Shown here one piece after another: positions 48,161 through 58,215 of a stretch of DNA of 64,000 nucleotides; the first letter of the stretch is position 1, and the number at the start of each line of letters is the position of its first letter. This DNA is from Candidatus Poribacteria bacterium (GTDB taxonomy: Bacteria; Poribacteria; WGA-4E; WGA-3G). The notes beneath the pieces were generated by a model. The model searched no databases. It had not been told where the DNA came from and saw only the letters and a program-made list of their open reading frames with translations. The position numbers were made by a program, and so were the translations under genes. Location of the stretch: the NCBI GenBank assembly GCA_022821965.1, contig JAJECN010000035.1:76222-140221 (forward strand), written 5' to 3'.

Positions 48161-49615
48161 TTAACCCTTTACGACACCAATGGGACGGAGGCGTGCGACA
48201 CGGCGAGAGAGACCCGCTTTGTCAACAACGCGGACGACTTCGTCAACATCTTTGTAAGCTTCGGAGACCTCTTCTTGGAGGGTTCGTCTACCTTCTGCTC
48301 GGACGTAGATACCCCGTGCCTCCAAATCTTTCTGGATAGAACGTCCCTTCGTCAAGGCGATCGCCTTCCGCCGGGAGAGCACTCTGCCAGCACCGTGACA
48401 GGTTGTACCCCACGTCTCTGCCATCGCCCCCAGATTGCCGACAAGTACGTAAGAGGCAGTCCCCATATCGCCGGGGATCAACACGGGTTGACCGACTTTC
48501 TGGTATTTATCGGGGATCTCAGGATGCCCGGCTGGAAACGCACGCGTCGCGCCCTTACGATGGATAAACAACTCGCGTTCCTCGCCATCAACGGTGTGCT
48601 TCTCGAACTTCCCGATGTTGTGTGCCACATCGTAGACAAGTTCTAAGCCGAGTTCATCTTCAGTCGTCTCAAAAAATTGCATGAAGGTCTGCCGGACGAG
48701 GTGCATGATACACTGCCGATTGTTCCACGCATAGTTGGCACTACACGCCATCGCGGTGATGTAATCTTGCCCTTCTGGCGAGTTAATCGGTGCGGAGGCG
48801 AGTTGCCGGTCGGGGAGATTTATGCCGTATCTCTCGGCGACTTTGACCCAACTCTTGACATGCTCATCACAGATTTGATAACCGAAGCCGCGTGAACCGG
48901 TATGAATCATGACACAGATGTTGCCTTCACTTAATCCCATCGCATTAGCGGCTTCTCGGTAAAAAATGCGGTCAACGGCTTGAACTTCAAGGAAATGATT
49001 ACCGGAGCCGAGCGTGCCGAGTTGGTTCTTGCCGCGCTCTAAGGCGCGTTGACTTGCCGCGTCAGCACTCGCGCGTTCAAGGAAACCCGTCGCCTCTGTA
49101 AAATTCAGGTCGTTCGGATGCCCGTATTCCCGCTCAATCGCCCACAGCGCGCCCTTTTCCAACATCCGCCGCTCCTCTTGGACGGTGAGCCGAATCTTGC
49201 CACTGGAGCCGACACCACACGGGACATTCTCAAACAACTTGGCAACGAGTGCTTTCCGTTTGCCTTCCAGCTGCGAAACATCAAGGTTTGTACGGATGAG
49301 GCGGACTCCGCAGTTGATGTCGTATCCGATACCACCCGGAGAGACCACACCATCCGCTTTTGGATCTGTGGCAGCGACCCCACCAATGACGAAGCCGTAT
49401 CCCCAATGCAAATCCGGCATCGCAAGCGAATGTTTAACAATACCGGGGAGGTGTGCAACGTTTGCGACTTGTTGCAATGCCTCGTCGCTTTTCGCGTGTT
49501 CAAGAAGCTTCTCATTGGCATAAACAATGCCATCAACACGCATCCCCTTCATATAACTTTTCGGGATACGCCAGCGGTATTCATCTATTTTCTGGAGTGT
49601 TATGTTTTGTGCCAT
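48161..49615 (-). CDS. rtcB: RNA-splicing ligase RtcB (3'-phosphate/5'-hydroxyl RNA ligase)
   Basis: Full-length RtcB similarity including the metal-binding His/Cys regions (HTGSRGFG, HNIGKF, CHGAGR). Confidence 0.9.
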   Translation of the reverse strand: MAQNITLQKIDEYRWRIPKSYMKGMRVDGIVYANEKLLEHAKSDEALQQVANVAHLPGIVKHSLAMPDLHWGYGFVIGGVAATDPKADGVVSPGGIGYDINCGVRLIRTNLDVSQLEGKRKALVAKLFENVPCGVGSSGKIRLTVQEERRMLEKGALWAIEREYGHPNDLNFTEATGFLERASADAASQRALERGKNQLGTLGSGNHFLEVQAVDRIFYREAANAMGLSEGNICVMIHTGSRGFGYQICDEHVKSWVKVAERYGINLPDRQLASAPINSPEGQDYITAMACSANYAWNNRQCIMHLVRQTFMQFFETTEDELGLELVYDVAHNIGKFEKHTVDGEERELFIHRKGATRAFPAGHPEIPDKYQKVGQPVLIPGDMGTASYVLVGNLGAMAETWGTTCHGAGRVLSRRKAIALTKGRSIQKDLEARGIYVRAEGRRTLQEEVSEAYKDVDEVVRVVDKAGLSRRVARLRPIGVVKG

Positions 49616-49808
49616 GATAATAATTTCCGATGCGCTTCTTTATTCTTTAGGACTTACTAATAGAGGCGATAAATCGCCTCACTACCAACAGATACGCTTC
49701 GGAACAACGTTTTTTCTCAAAAAGGTATAGTTTGTCCTCGCGCAATTCTGCGGTGTACTCGTCCAAATGCGACGTGCATTATTACGCCTTGCGTAAGTCC
49801 TATTCTTC

Positions 49809-50480
49809 TTATGCTTTCTGTGCCACCATGCTTGCGAGGATCCCCAAGATTATATCGCACTGCGAGATTTGATAAGCACTCATGTCAATGTAGAGTTTCT
49901 TTCCCTCCAACTTGAGGAAGAGCCAATCTATCCCGGATGTGATGGTCCCATAAATACAAGCGATGTCATTCTTTTCCTCGGCGTTAAAACGTTGTGCAGC
50001 GACCATTTCCGCGACGCACTGCCCGAGTCCTGCTGTCAGATCATCCTTTTTTGCCTCAACGAGGATTAGGGCAGGGGCTTCTAAATAAAATTGCTCTGGC
50101 GATAAACTTACCAAAAAATCGCAAACGCCGGTGAGTCCTTCTTCGGGATTTACGTTAAAGTCAATCCCTGAAAAAAAACTGATGCGTCGCTCAAAGTGTT
50201 CCCGGAGCTCAACCAGAACGGAGGCGACAATGAGTTCTGATTTTGCCTTCTCAGTACCGATAGCGAATGCTAACGGTACGTTTCGCTCCAACACTGTAGT
50301 GAGAAGTGTGCTTGGAACTACCGGTTCTACATCCGCAAAGAGGCCAGCAGCTTCAACTGTTTTGAGGTGAAATGTTTTGCGTGCATCCGCTAAGGTAAAG
50401 TTGCTATATGCCATGAGAGAGAATCCATTGTAACAAGTTTGTTGGTGTGGGATGTGTTGTAACTCTGATGCCCATTCCAC
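49809..50480 (-). CDS. Hypothetical protein with PD-(D/E)xK-like motif
   Basis: GVCDFLVSL ... PALILVEAKKDD fits the D...ExK nuclease core pattern. No named family recognised. About 190 bp upstream of rtcB on the same strand. Confidence 0.3.
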   Translation of the reverse strand: MEWASELQHIPHQQTCYNGFSLMAYSNFTLADARKTFHLKTVEAAGLFADVEPVVPSTLLTTVLERNVPLAFAIGTEKAKSELIVASVLVELREHFERRISFFSGIDFNVNPEEGLTGVCDFLVSLSPEQFYLEAPALILVEAKKDDLTAGLGQCVAEMVAAQRFNAEEKNDIACIYGTITSGIDWLFLKLEGKKLYIDMSAYQISQCDIILGILASMVAQKA

Positions 50481-50565
50481 CTATAACAGAATGTTTAGAT
50501 TATGTTTCTATTATACAGCATTTTTTTGGAGAACGCAAACCTCTTGTCTGAATCGCCAGAGGCAT

Positions 50566-50630
50566 TCAGTTTTCGGCAATCAACGATCGGCAGTCAACAG
50601 TCAGAAACCGTCAGCAATCAGTCGTTAGGT
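50566..50630. repeat. Tandem heptamer array (CAGTTTT CGGCAAT CAACGAT CGGCAGT CAACAGT CAGAAAC CGTCAGC AATCAGT)
   Basis: Nine consecutive 7-nt units of consensus C(A/G)G(T/C)(A/T)(A/G)T in an intergenic region. Contains the exact heptamer CAACAGT. Confidence 0.5.
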
Positions 50631-50722
50631 GTCGGGGTGGGTAATGATGGAATAAACACGCCGATACATCTGCCTGTATCCTCGTGATACTTCCGCAATT
50701 TTTTACTGAACATCAACAGGCT

Positions 50723-51892
50723 TTAGAGCGTTGAGAGTTCTGGCAATTCTACCCACTTCCGTGTCTGCCACGATTCCATGCCCTTTTCCGCCAACTGCAC
50801 ACCCTTCGCACCGGCGAGCAGCGTCCACGGGAACGGTTCATCAGCAACGACATGTCGTAGGAAGAGTTCCCACTGCGCTCTAAAGGCGTTCTCATAGTCT
50901 TCCTGCTCAGGGACTTTGAGCCATCCGTCAAAGAATTTGATCGGTTGTTCAATATCAGGATTCCAGACAGGACGTGGGGTGCCAGAGAGCGGTTGGATCC
51001 AGCAATCTCTCAAACCAACAACAGCGGATCCGTTCAAACCATCCACATGTATCGTCAGCAGATCGTCGCGACGGACTCTGACTGCCCAAGATGAATTAAA
51101 ATGTGCAATGATACCGTTCTCCAATTCAAACGTCGCATACGCAGCATCTTCAGCCGTACACGCGTAAGGTTTGCCCTCTTCGTCCCACCGTTTCGGTAGA
51201 TGCGTGGCAGCGATACAAGAAACACCTTTCACCGCGCCAAAAAGGTTATCAATGACGTATCGCCAGTGGCTGAACATATCAAGGATAATACCACCCCCAT
51301 CTTCGACACGGTAGTTCCACGATGGACGTTGCGTCGGAATCGCATCGCCTTGGAAAACCCAATAACCGAACTCACCACGGACAGCAATAATCCGCCCGAA
51401 AAAGTCGGCATCTATCAAACGTTTCAGTTTCTGAATGCCGGGTAACCAGAGTTTATCCTGAACAACACCATTTTTGAGTCCCGCTTTCGCCGCCTGTTCA
51501 TAGAGACGATACGCATCCGCAGTCGTGGTAGCAGTCGGTTTTTCACAATAGATGTGTTTACCCGCTGATATTGCGGCTTCTACTGCGTCAACCCGACGGG
51601 ACGTAACCTGTGCGTCGAAATAGACGCTATAAGCGTCATCGGCGAGAGCAGCGTCTAAATCTGTGCTCCACTTCTCAACGCCTGTGGTTTCGGATAACCT
51701 CTCCAGTTTAGCAGGGTTTCTACCGACGAGAAACGGGTCGGGCATAATCACTTCACCGTCCGCAATCGGGATGCCCCCCTCTTCTGCGATTGCTAAGATG
51801 GAGCGGATAAGGTGTTGGTTTGTTCCCATCCTGCCGGTGACACCGTTCATTATGATACCGACGCGGTGTGTTTTTTGGGTATGATTGGTCAT
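50723..51892 (-). CDS. Gfo/Idh/MocA family oxidoreductase
   Basis: HRVGIIMNGVTGRMG Rossmann N-terminus and C-terminal family domain. ATG 51892 with AAGGA SD preferred over the TTG-extended ORF. Confidence 0.75.
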   Translation of the reverse strand: MTNHTQKTHRVGIIMNGVTGRMGTNQHLIRSILAIAEEGGIPIADGEVIMPDPFLVGRNPAKLERLSETTGVEKWSTDLDAALADDAYSVYFDAQVTSRRVDAVEAAISAGKHIYCEKPTATTTADAYRLYEQAAKAGLKNGVVQDKLWLPGIQKLKRLIDADFFGRIIAVRGEFGYWVFQGDAIPTQRPSWNYRVEDGGGIILDMFSHWRYVIDNLFGAVKGVSCIAATHLPKRWDEEGKPYACTAEDAAYATFELENGIIAHFNSSWAVRVRRDDLLTIHVDGLNGSAVVGLRDCWIQPLSGTPRPVWNPDIEQPIKFFDGWLKVPEQEDYENAFRAQWELFLRHVVADEPFPWTLLAGAKGVQLAEKGMESWQTRKWVELPELSTL

Positions 51893-51902
51893 TAACAATC
51901 CT

Positions 51903-51966
51903 TTTTATAGTTATCGGTTATCGGTTGTCAGCAGGAATGGTTATCAGTAGTCGGCTGATAGCCATT
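51903..51966. repeat. Short heptamer-repeat palindromic element (AGTTATCGGTTATCGGTTGTCAGC ... GGCTGATAGCC)
   Basis: Fills the 75-bp gap between the Gfo/Idh/MocA start and the cupin stop. Confidence 0.5.
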
Positions 51967-51967
51967 C

Positions 51968-52411
51968 TTAAGGTTTGTCAGTACATTGCGGTGCTGCGCC
52001 TTCCGGGAGTGGTGGTGCTTCGACACCGGCTTTCGGAAGCGTGCCAGCGAGTTCTTGCTTCCAGTGCGCTACATCCCCCGCGGGTCCATAACAGTAGACC
52101 ATGTGCATCGGTGTGTCGCCAGTATTCGTCAACTGGTGGAAAACCCATGAAGGAATAAACACAGTCTGCCCCGCGGAAAGCACTTGACGCTCTTCACCGA
52201 GACACATTTCACCTTCGCCTTCAACGATAAAATAGATTTCTTCCTGTTCGTGGTTGTGCCACGGCACTTGTCCACCATTTGGCTCTAAAACGACGAACCC
52301 CATACAGAATTCACCTATCTGGATCGGGGATGCACCGCCGACGAGATTTTTGGTTAACCTGCGCGCAGGATACGATCTTCCTTCCATTTCATTTACATCT
52401 GCGATTAACAT
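51968..52411 (-). CDS. Cupin-fold protein (cupin_2)
   Basis: WHNHEQEEIYFIVEGEGEM metal-binding motif. Start moved to ATG 52411 because the GTG-extended N-terminus lies inside a tandem repeat. Confidence 0.6.
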   Translation of the reverse strand: MLIADVNEMEGRSYPARRLTKNLVGGASPIQIGEFCMGFVVLEPNGGQVPWHNHEQEEIYFIVEGEGEMCLGEERQVLSAGQTVFIPSWVFHQLTNTGDTPMHMVYCYGPAGDVAHWKQELAGTLPKAGVEAPPLPEGAAPQCTDKP

Positions 52412-52426
52412 TGTGTGTTTTCCTTT

Positions 52427-52496
52427 CCAATGCTGACGGCACACGGACTGTGCCTGCTACTCCAATGCTGACGGCACACGGACTGTGCCTGCTACT
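52427..52496. repeat. Perfect tandem duplication of a 35-bp unit containing a hairpin (GGCACAcggacTGTGCC)
   Basis: ccaatgctgacggcacacggactgtgcctgctact x2, between the cupin start and the stop of the Uma2 gene at 52502. Confidence 0.7.
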
Positions 52497-52501
52497 TTGC
52501 C

Positions 52502-53101
52502 CTACTCAAAAAGTTTTGCCGCTTGACAAGAAAATCCCTCAACGACATTTTCACCGGTGAGCGTGTCATTCCGCGTAAGTAACGTAATGTCCGTTTCGGA
52601 ACGATAGACCGTCACTGTCTTGGATCTCGGTTCAAGCACCCATACCAATTGTGTGCCTGCATCAAGATAAGCAAATGCTTTTTCCACAACCCGGTGTAAT
52701 GCATCTGTCGGAGAAACCACCTCAACGGCGAGGTCTGGTGGGATAGGAGATGCTTTACTGAGGTCATCAGGTATCCGCACGCTTGCAAGAAATGCGATAT
52801 CTGGCATCAGTACTTGTTCTCCCACCCGAAAGCCTGTATCCGGCATATAGATGCCCCCTAACTGATTTTCTCGGACATACAAACCTAACGGTAAAAACAA
52901 GTTCGTGGTAATATTACCATGTTCCAATGAGGTTGGAGGCACTGGTATTAATTCTCCTTTAATGTATTCATATCCCTCTAAATCGCTTTCGAGGAATTCC
53001 TCCAACGTCATCTTCATAGGTTTAAGAGGGAGTCCTTCTTGTGAGAGTAGGGCATCGGGGCCTCCATCGGCAGGTAGTGCGCCAAATTCTTGTGCGTTCA
53101 T
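52502..53101 (-). CDS. Uma2 (DUF820) family endonuclease-like protein
   Basis: Uma2 blocks: YEYIKGELIPVPPTSLEHG, PDIAFL, PDLAVEVVSPTD. Confidence 0.65.
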   Translation of the reverse strand: MNAQEFGALPADGGPDALLSQEGLPLKPMKMTLEEFLESDLEGYEYIKGELIPVPPTSLEHGNITTNLFLPLGLYVRENQLGGIYMPDTGFRVGEQVLMPDIAFLASVRIPDDLSKASPIPPDLAVEVVSPTDALHRVVEKAFAYLDAGTQLVWVLEPRSKTVTVYRSETDITLLTRNDTLTGENVVEGFSCQAAKLFE

Positions 53102-53200
53102 GTTTTCACCTCGCGATGCGTTTAGGAGAGTTGTAGCCTAATAAGGATACTGCAGGCGGGGTTTCAAACCCCGCCTACAAGCAGTTTGCATAGGTACAGA

Positions 53201-55834
53201 TTAATCTTCTGCCTCAATCACAGCTTGCGCTGCAGCGAGACGCGCAATCGGTACACGGAACGGGGAACACGACACGTAATCGAACCCTAATCCATAGCAG
53301 AACTTCACAGAACTTGGTTCGCCGCCGTGCTCACCACAGATACCGACTTTCAGATCGGGACGCGTCGCCCGTCCTTTCTCAGCACCGATTTGCAAGAGAC
53401 TACCGACACCATCTTGGTCAAGAACTTGGAACGGATCGTATTCAAGCACGCCGTTTCTGACGTAATCATCAAGGAATTTCACTGCGTCGTCACGACTCAT
53501 CCCAAATGTTGTCTGGGTGAGGTCGTTGGTGCCGTAGGAGAAAAACTCGGCTTCGGCAGCGATTTTGTCAGCGGTAAGTGCTGCACGTGGTAACTCAATC
53601 ATTGTACCGACGAGGTATTCAACCCGGGTCCCAGTTTCTTTAAACACGGCTTCCGCTGTGTCAACAACAACTTTGCGTTGCAAAGATAATTCGTTGATAT
53701 GCCCAACAAGCGGAATCATAATCTCTGGCAAAACTGTGATGCCGCGTTTTGAGACATCAACAGCGGCTTCAAAGATCGCACGCGCTTGCATTTCGGTTAT
53801 CTCTGGATAGACGATACCGAGTCTACAACCACGATGTCCAAGCATCGGGTTGAACTCGTGCAATTCCTCAACGCGCTCACGAAGTTTTTGCGGTTCAATA
53901 CCGATTCGCTCGGCAAGCTCAAGGATCTCAGCTTCACTTTTCGGTAAAAACTCATGGAGCGGTGGATCGAGGGTACGGATCGTAACTGGATAGTCTGCCA
54001 TCGCCTCAAAGATACCGATAAAATCTGAACGCTGATGGGGTAACAGTTTGACCAACGCTGCTTCGCGCTCTGCTGTGTCATCGGCGAGAATCATCTCACG
54101 GATAGCATCAATTCCTGTGCCAAAGAACATGTGCTCGGTACGGCAAAGCCCGATACCTTCTGCACCAAATTGTCTGGCATTTTTTGCGTCTTCAGGTGTA
54201 TCCGCATTTGTGCGAACACCTAAGGATCGTACCTCATCTGCCCATTCCATGAGCGTTCCGAATTGTCCACTCAATTCGGGTTGGATCAGTGCCACCTGTC
54301 CATCAAGAACATCACCTGTAGATCCGTTAAGCGTGATATAATCCCCTTCAGTGTAGCGTTTCCCCTCCGCGTAAAATTCCAATGCTTCTTCATTGATAAA
54401 CAGAGCAGAACAGCCCGCGACACAGCATTTTCCCATGCCTCGTGCGACAACAGCGGCGTGGCTTGTCATACCCCCACGTGCAGTGAGTATTCCCTCTGCG
54501 GCATCCATACCACCAATATCCTCTGGTGATGTTTCAGTCCGCACGAGGATAACCTTCTCGCCAGCGGCTGCGTGTTCTTCAGCGTGAAGCGCGGTAAAGA
54601 CAACCTTACCAACAGCTGCACCCGGAGAGGCAGGCAAACCTTGCGCGATAACCTCAACGTTAGCCGCCGGGTCAACGCTCGGGTGCAGCAGTTGATCCAA
54701 GTCGTTAGCAGGAACGCGTGTCAAAGCGGTCGGTTTATCGATTAAACCTTCCTCAACCATTTCAACAGCGATACGAACGGCAGCTTGACCGGTGCGTTTT
54801 CCGTTACGGGTCTGGAGCATGTAGAGTTTGCTATCCTGAATAGTAAACTCCACGTCTTGCATGTCCTTGTAATGTGTCTCAAGTCTCAAGCCGATATCGA
54901 CCAATTCATTATACGCATCAGGCAAAATGTTTCTCAATTCGGCGACCGGAAGGGGTGTGCGGATGCCAGCGACCACGTCTTCGCCCTGTGCGTTAATAAG
55001 GAATTCGCCGTAAAATTGGTTCGCGCCGGTCGAAGGATTACGGGTGAAGGCGACTCCTGATCCGGAGGTTCCGCCCATATTTCCGAACACCATGGCTTGG
55101 ACATTGACAGCGGTGCGTCCGAGTTCTTCGGAAATATCGTTAAGACGACGATAGGTAATAGCTCGCTGGTTGCCAGAGGATTCAAAAACGGCATCCCGTG
55201 CCATGTCTAATTGCTGACGGGGTTCATCAGGGAAATCACTTCCTGTGTGCTGTTTGACGGCACTCTTGAATTCATGGACAAGTGCCGATAAATCGTCGGC
55301 TTCTAATTCGGTATCTAATGTAACACCTTTTGACTTTTTCTTTTCTTCAAGTAAATGCTCAAACTCGTCGTGATCAACGTTGAGGACAACATTTCCGAAC
55401 ATTTGAATGAAGCGGCGGTATGAATCGTAAGCGAAACGTTCATTTTCGGATTTAACGATAAGTCCCTTAATCGCATCGTCATTCAAGCCGAGGTTGAGAA
55501 TCGTGTCCATCATACCTGGCATTGAGACTGCAGCACCAGAACGGACAGAAAGGAGGAGTGGATTTTCGGTATCACCGAATTTTGCGCCCAGGGCGTTTTC
55601 TAATTTTTCCAGATTCTCGTCAATCTGTTCGTCAAGCCCTGCGGGATACTGTTTGTCATTTTCATAGTATAATTTGCAAACTTCAGTGGAGATAGTGAAA
55701 CCCGGCGGAACGGGCACACCAAGGTTGCTCATCTCCGCGAGATTCGCTCCTTTTCCGCCAAGCAGCGTTCGCATTGTGGCATCACCGTCGCTTTCACCGG
55801 CTCCAAAGAAGTATACATACTTTGGTTGTGGCAT
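53201..55834 (-). CDS. ppdK: Pyruvate, phosphate dikinase
   Basis: Full-length PPDK architecture with the phospho-His region ([19 protein letters not shown]). ATG 55834 with GGAGG 6 nt upstream. Confidence 0.9.
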   Translation of the reverse strand: MPQPKYVYFFGAGESDGDATMRTLLGGKGANLAEMSNLGVPVPPGFTISTEVCKLYYENDKQYPAGLDEQIDENLEKLENALGAKFGDTENPLLLSVRSGAAVSMPGMMDTILNLGLNDDAIKGLIVKSENERFAYDSYRRFIQMFGNVVLNVDHDEFEHLLEEKKKSKGVTLDTELEADDLSALVHEFKSAVKQHTGSDFPDEPRQQLDMARDAVFESSGNQRAITYRRLNDISEELGRTAVNVQAMVFGNMGGTSGSGVAFTRNPSTGANQFYGEFLINAQGEDVVAGIRTPLPVAELRNILPDAYNELVDIGLRLETHYKDMQDVEFTIQDSKLYMLQTRNGKRTGQAAVRIAVEMVEEGLIDKPTALTRVPANDLDQLLHPSVDPAANVEVIAQGLPASPGAAVGKVVFTALHAEEHAAAGEKVILVRTETSPEDIGGMDAAEGILTARGGMTSHAAVVARGMGKCCVAGCSALFINEEALEFYAEGKRYTEGDYITLNGSTGDVLDGQVALIQPELSGQFGTLMEWADEVRSLGVRTNADTPEDAKNARQFGAEGIGLCRTEHMFFGTGIDAIREMILADDTAEREAALVKLLPHQRSDFIGIFEAMADYPVTIRTLDPPLHEFLPKSEAEILELAERIGIEPQKLRERVEELHEFNPMLGHRGCRLGIVYPEITEMQARAIFEAAVDVSKRGITVLPEIMIPLVGHINELSLQRKVVVDTAEAVFKETGTRVEYLVGTMIELPRAALTADKIAAEAEFFSYGTNDLTQTTFGMSRDDAVKFLDDYVRNGVLEYDPFQVLDQDGVGSLLQIGAEKGRATRPDLKVGICGEHGGEPSSVKFCYGLGFDYVSCSPFRVPIARLAAAQAVIEAED

Positions 55835-55850
55835 CAAAAGCCTCCTGTGT

Positions 55851-55958
55851 TATAGTTTTCAGTTATCAGTTATCAGTCGTCGGTTAAGAGATGTTTAGGC
55901 AAGAAAAATCAACATAACTGCCACACACTGAAAACTGACTACTGACAACTGATAACTA
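55851..55958. repeat. Palindromic heptamer-repeat element, same family as 28790..28921
   Basis: Left arm cagttatcagttatcagtcgtcggttaagag, spacer, right arm ctgaaaactgactactgacaactgataact. Fills the whole ppdK-pafA gap and ends 1 nt before the pafA stop. Confidence 0.7.
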
Positions 55959-55959
55959 T

Positions 55960-57318
55960 TCAGATTGAATAAATTGTTCGACTTGCTTCGTCAAATTCAG
56001 GTTTAAATGGATCCGTCGATAGATAAAGGATTTGGTACGGCTCATAAAGTTGGATATAACTCCAATTGACACCGCACAAGACCTTTCCTTCGTTGACTTT
56101 CTTGATAAATTTACCTCGAAACTTGGCTCGCGTGCGTTCAGGTGGGAATTGTTCAGCGTGCCGAATCTGCTCATCTCTGACAATTCGTTCGATCTCCGCA
56201 CGGCTCTCAAGGGTATAGTAGAGGCTTTCCTCCTGACGCACATTGTGGTACTTTAAATCGAGATGCTTCACCTGTGGTGCATCCCACTCAAGTCCACGTT
56301 TCGTCAGATAAGTTTGTAGCCACTTCCACTTAATGACCCAGTCTAACTCCCGGTCCAATTGCATCGGATCGCTTTCCAAGCAGGTAAGGACGTATTCCCA
56401 GCGCGCCATAACTTGGTTTGTTGTTGAATCAGATTCAGCTTGTTCAAGGTACCGCTTGGCACACTCTAAGTACTGCCACTGTAGTTCGACGGCGGAGAGT
56501 CGCCTTCCACTCTGGAGCTCAATCTGGTGTGTACATGTGGTATCATCAGAGATCGCTTGGATGGCTTTGACCGGGTCGCGGAGTGCGAACCTTTGCTGAA
56601 TGAAGTTGTCTTCAATCATACGGAGGATAATACCGGTTGTACCTACCTTCAAAAAAGTCGAAAATTCGGACATATTGGAATCCCCGACGATAACATGTAA
56701 ACGTCTGTACTTCTCACGGTCAGCATGCGGTTCATCGCGTGTGTTGATAATTCCACGTGCTGTCGTTGTGCCGATAGAAATTTCTTCTCGGATGTGCTCA
56801 GCACGTTGCGAGATCGCGTAATACCCGCGATGGCTCGGCTTAATCTTTCCTGCCCCTGCGAAGACCTGGCGAGTGACAAAGAACGGAATCAACTGCCCTG
56901 CCAACTGACGGAAGTCAACATGCCGCTCCATTAGGTAGTTCTCATGGCAGCCATAAGTATTTCCGGGGGTATCTAAGTTATTTTTAAAAATAGAAATCTT
57001 TCCATAGAACCCATCATTGCGCATGCGCCGTTCCGCAGTACTGGCGAGACGCGTAATAATGCGCTCACCTGCTTTATCGTGGGCAACGAGTTCGGCAACA
57101 TCATCACATTCTGGGGTTGCGTATTCTGGATGGCACCCAATGTCTTGGTAAAATCTCGCACCGTTTTCAAGGAAAACATCAGGGTACATTCTCCCAGCAA
57201 CAATTTCACGAAAGAGGTACATCACAACATTCTGAACAGTGAGTGTCTTTCTACGCGGGACATCTGGTGTCCAAATAATTCCGAATTCAGTTTCCAGCCC
57301 ATAAATTCTGCGCTTCAT
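55960..57318 (-). CDS. pafA: Pup--protein ligase PafA
   Basis: MKRRIYGLETEFGI N-terminus and RNGARFYQDIGCHPEYATPEC. Collinear with actinobacterial PafA. 452 aa. Confidence 0.9.
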   Translation of the reverse strand: MKRRIYGLETEFGIIWTPDVPRRKTLTVQNVVMYLFREIVAGRMYPDVFLENGARFYQDIGCHPEYATPECDDVAELVAHDKAGERIITRLASTAERRMRNDGFYGKISIFKNNLDTPGNTYGCHENYLMERHVDFRQLAGQLIPFFVTRQVFAGAGKIKPSHRGYYAISQRAEHIREEISIGTTTARGIINTRDEPHADREKYRRLHVIVGDSNMSEFSTFLKVGTTGIILRMIEDNFIQQRFALRDPVKAIQAISDDTTCTHQIELQSGRRLSAVELQWQYLECAKRYLEQAESDSTTNQVMARWEYVLTCLESDPMQLDRELDWVIKWKWLQTYLTKRGLEWDAPQVKHLDLKYHNVRQEESLYYTLESRAEIERIVRDEQIRHAEQFPPERTRAKFRGKFIKKVNEGKVLCGVNWSYIQLYEPYQILYLSTDPFKPEFDEASRTIYSI

Positions 57319-57382
57319 CGGCTACCCCTTCACAAACATTTCTTCTGTTGAAAGTTTGCCCCTAACTACCAAGTATAACAGA

Positions 57383-58102
57383 TTAGGACAATAAGGTTGT
57401 AACTTCGTCAGTAGAAAGCCGTCGAAATTTTCGCCGAGCGGCGGTTTGTTCAAGACACGCCACTTCTATCGTTTCCGGCGTGATTTCATAATCATCTTCT
57501 GCCTCCGCTTCAACGGTTTGAAAGGCTTCCGTTACAAGTTGAAGTGCCGCTGACATCTCCAACTCATCTGAATAATCTTGTTCGAGAATTTCTGTTATTG
57601 TTGTGGCGCGCCCACCAATAACAGCGTATTTCTCCTCTTCTGAATAGATACCATCAAACGCAATGTGATAAATTTGATTTCTCTGTAATCCAGCACTTGT
57701 TGAAGCATCGGTCGTCCCTATCTCACACACAAGGAGCTCAATCTCTAAGGGTTTCGCGTCCCATGCCTGCGCGACCGCTCCCATGTGTTGTGAATAGAGA
57801 TTCGTTAACCACTTTGCCGTGACATCTTCTCGATAGTAGCGAAAGCCTTTAATCTCGGATTCGCGAATGCCAGCGACACGTAACGCCTCATACTCCGCAA
57901 TCCTACCTGCCGCTGCGAGGGCAATCCTATCGTAAATTTCGGAGACCTTAAAGGTGGTCTTGCGTGGATTCTCGGCAACCATTAGGAGTCCATCTCGATA
58001 CTCTAAGACAACGACCTCTTTCGCCTGGGCGATGCCGCGACGGACGAAATCCTCTTTATCCTGACGAATTTGTTCCGGTGAAACATAATAGGGTGTGGAC
58101 AT
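57383..58102 (-). CDS. prcA: 20S proteasome alpha subunit
   Basis: MSTPYYVSPEQIRQDKEDFVRRGIAQAKEVVVLEYRDGLLMVAENP aligns along its full length with actinobacterial PrcA. Confidence 0.9.
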   Translation of the reverse strand: MSTPYYVSPEQIRQDKEDFVRRGIAQAKEVVVLEYRDGLLMVAENPRKTTFKVSEIYDRIALAAAGRIAEYEALRVAGIRESEIKGFRYYREDVTAKWLTNLYSQHMGAVAQAWDAKPLEIELLVCEIGTTDASTSAGLQRNQIYHIAFDGIYSEEEKYAVIGGRATTITEILEQDYSDELEMSAALQLVTEAFQTVEAEAEDDYEITPETIEVACLEQTAARRKFRRLSTDEVTTLLS

Positions 58103-58111
58103 ATCTGTATT

Positions 58112-58210
58112 TTAGTTCTCGGTTATCAGTTCTCGGTCTTCAGAAAGAAAAACACGTGTGTCCCTGAAAACTATATGTCGATCTCCGTGACAACCAAAGA
58201 CTGAAAACCA
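58112..58210. repeat. Heptamer-repeat element in the prcB-prcA intergenic gap
   Basis: tagttctcggttatcagttctcggtcttcag ... ctgaaaac ... gactgaaaacc. Contains a CACGTG palindrome. Confidence 0.55.
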
Positions 58211-58215
58211 TTCCT

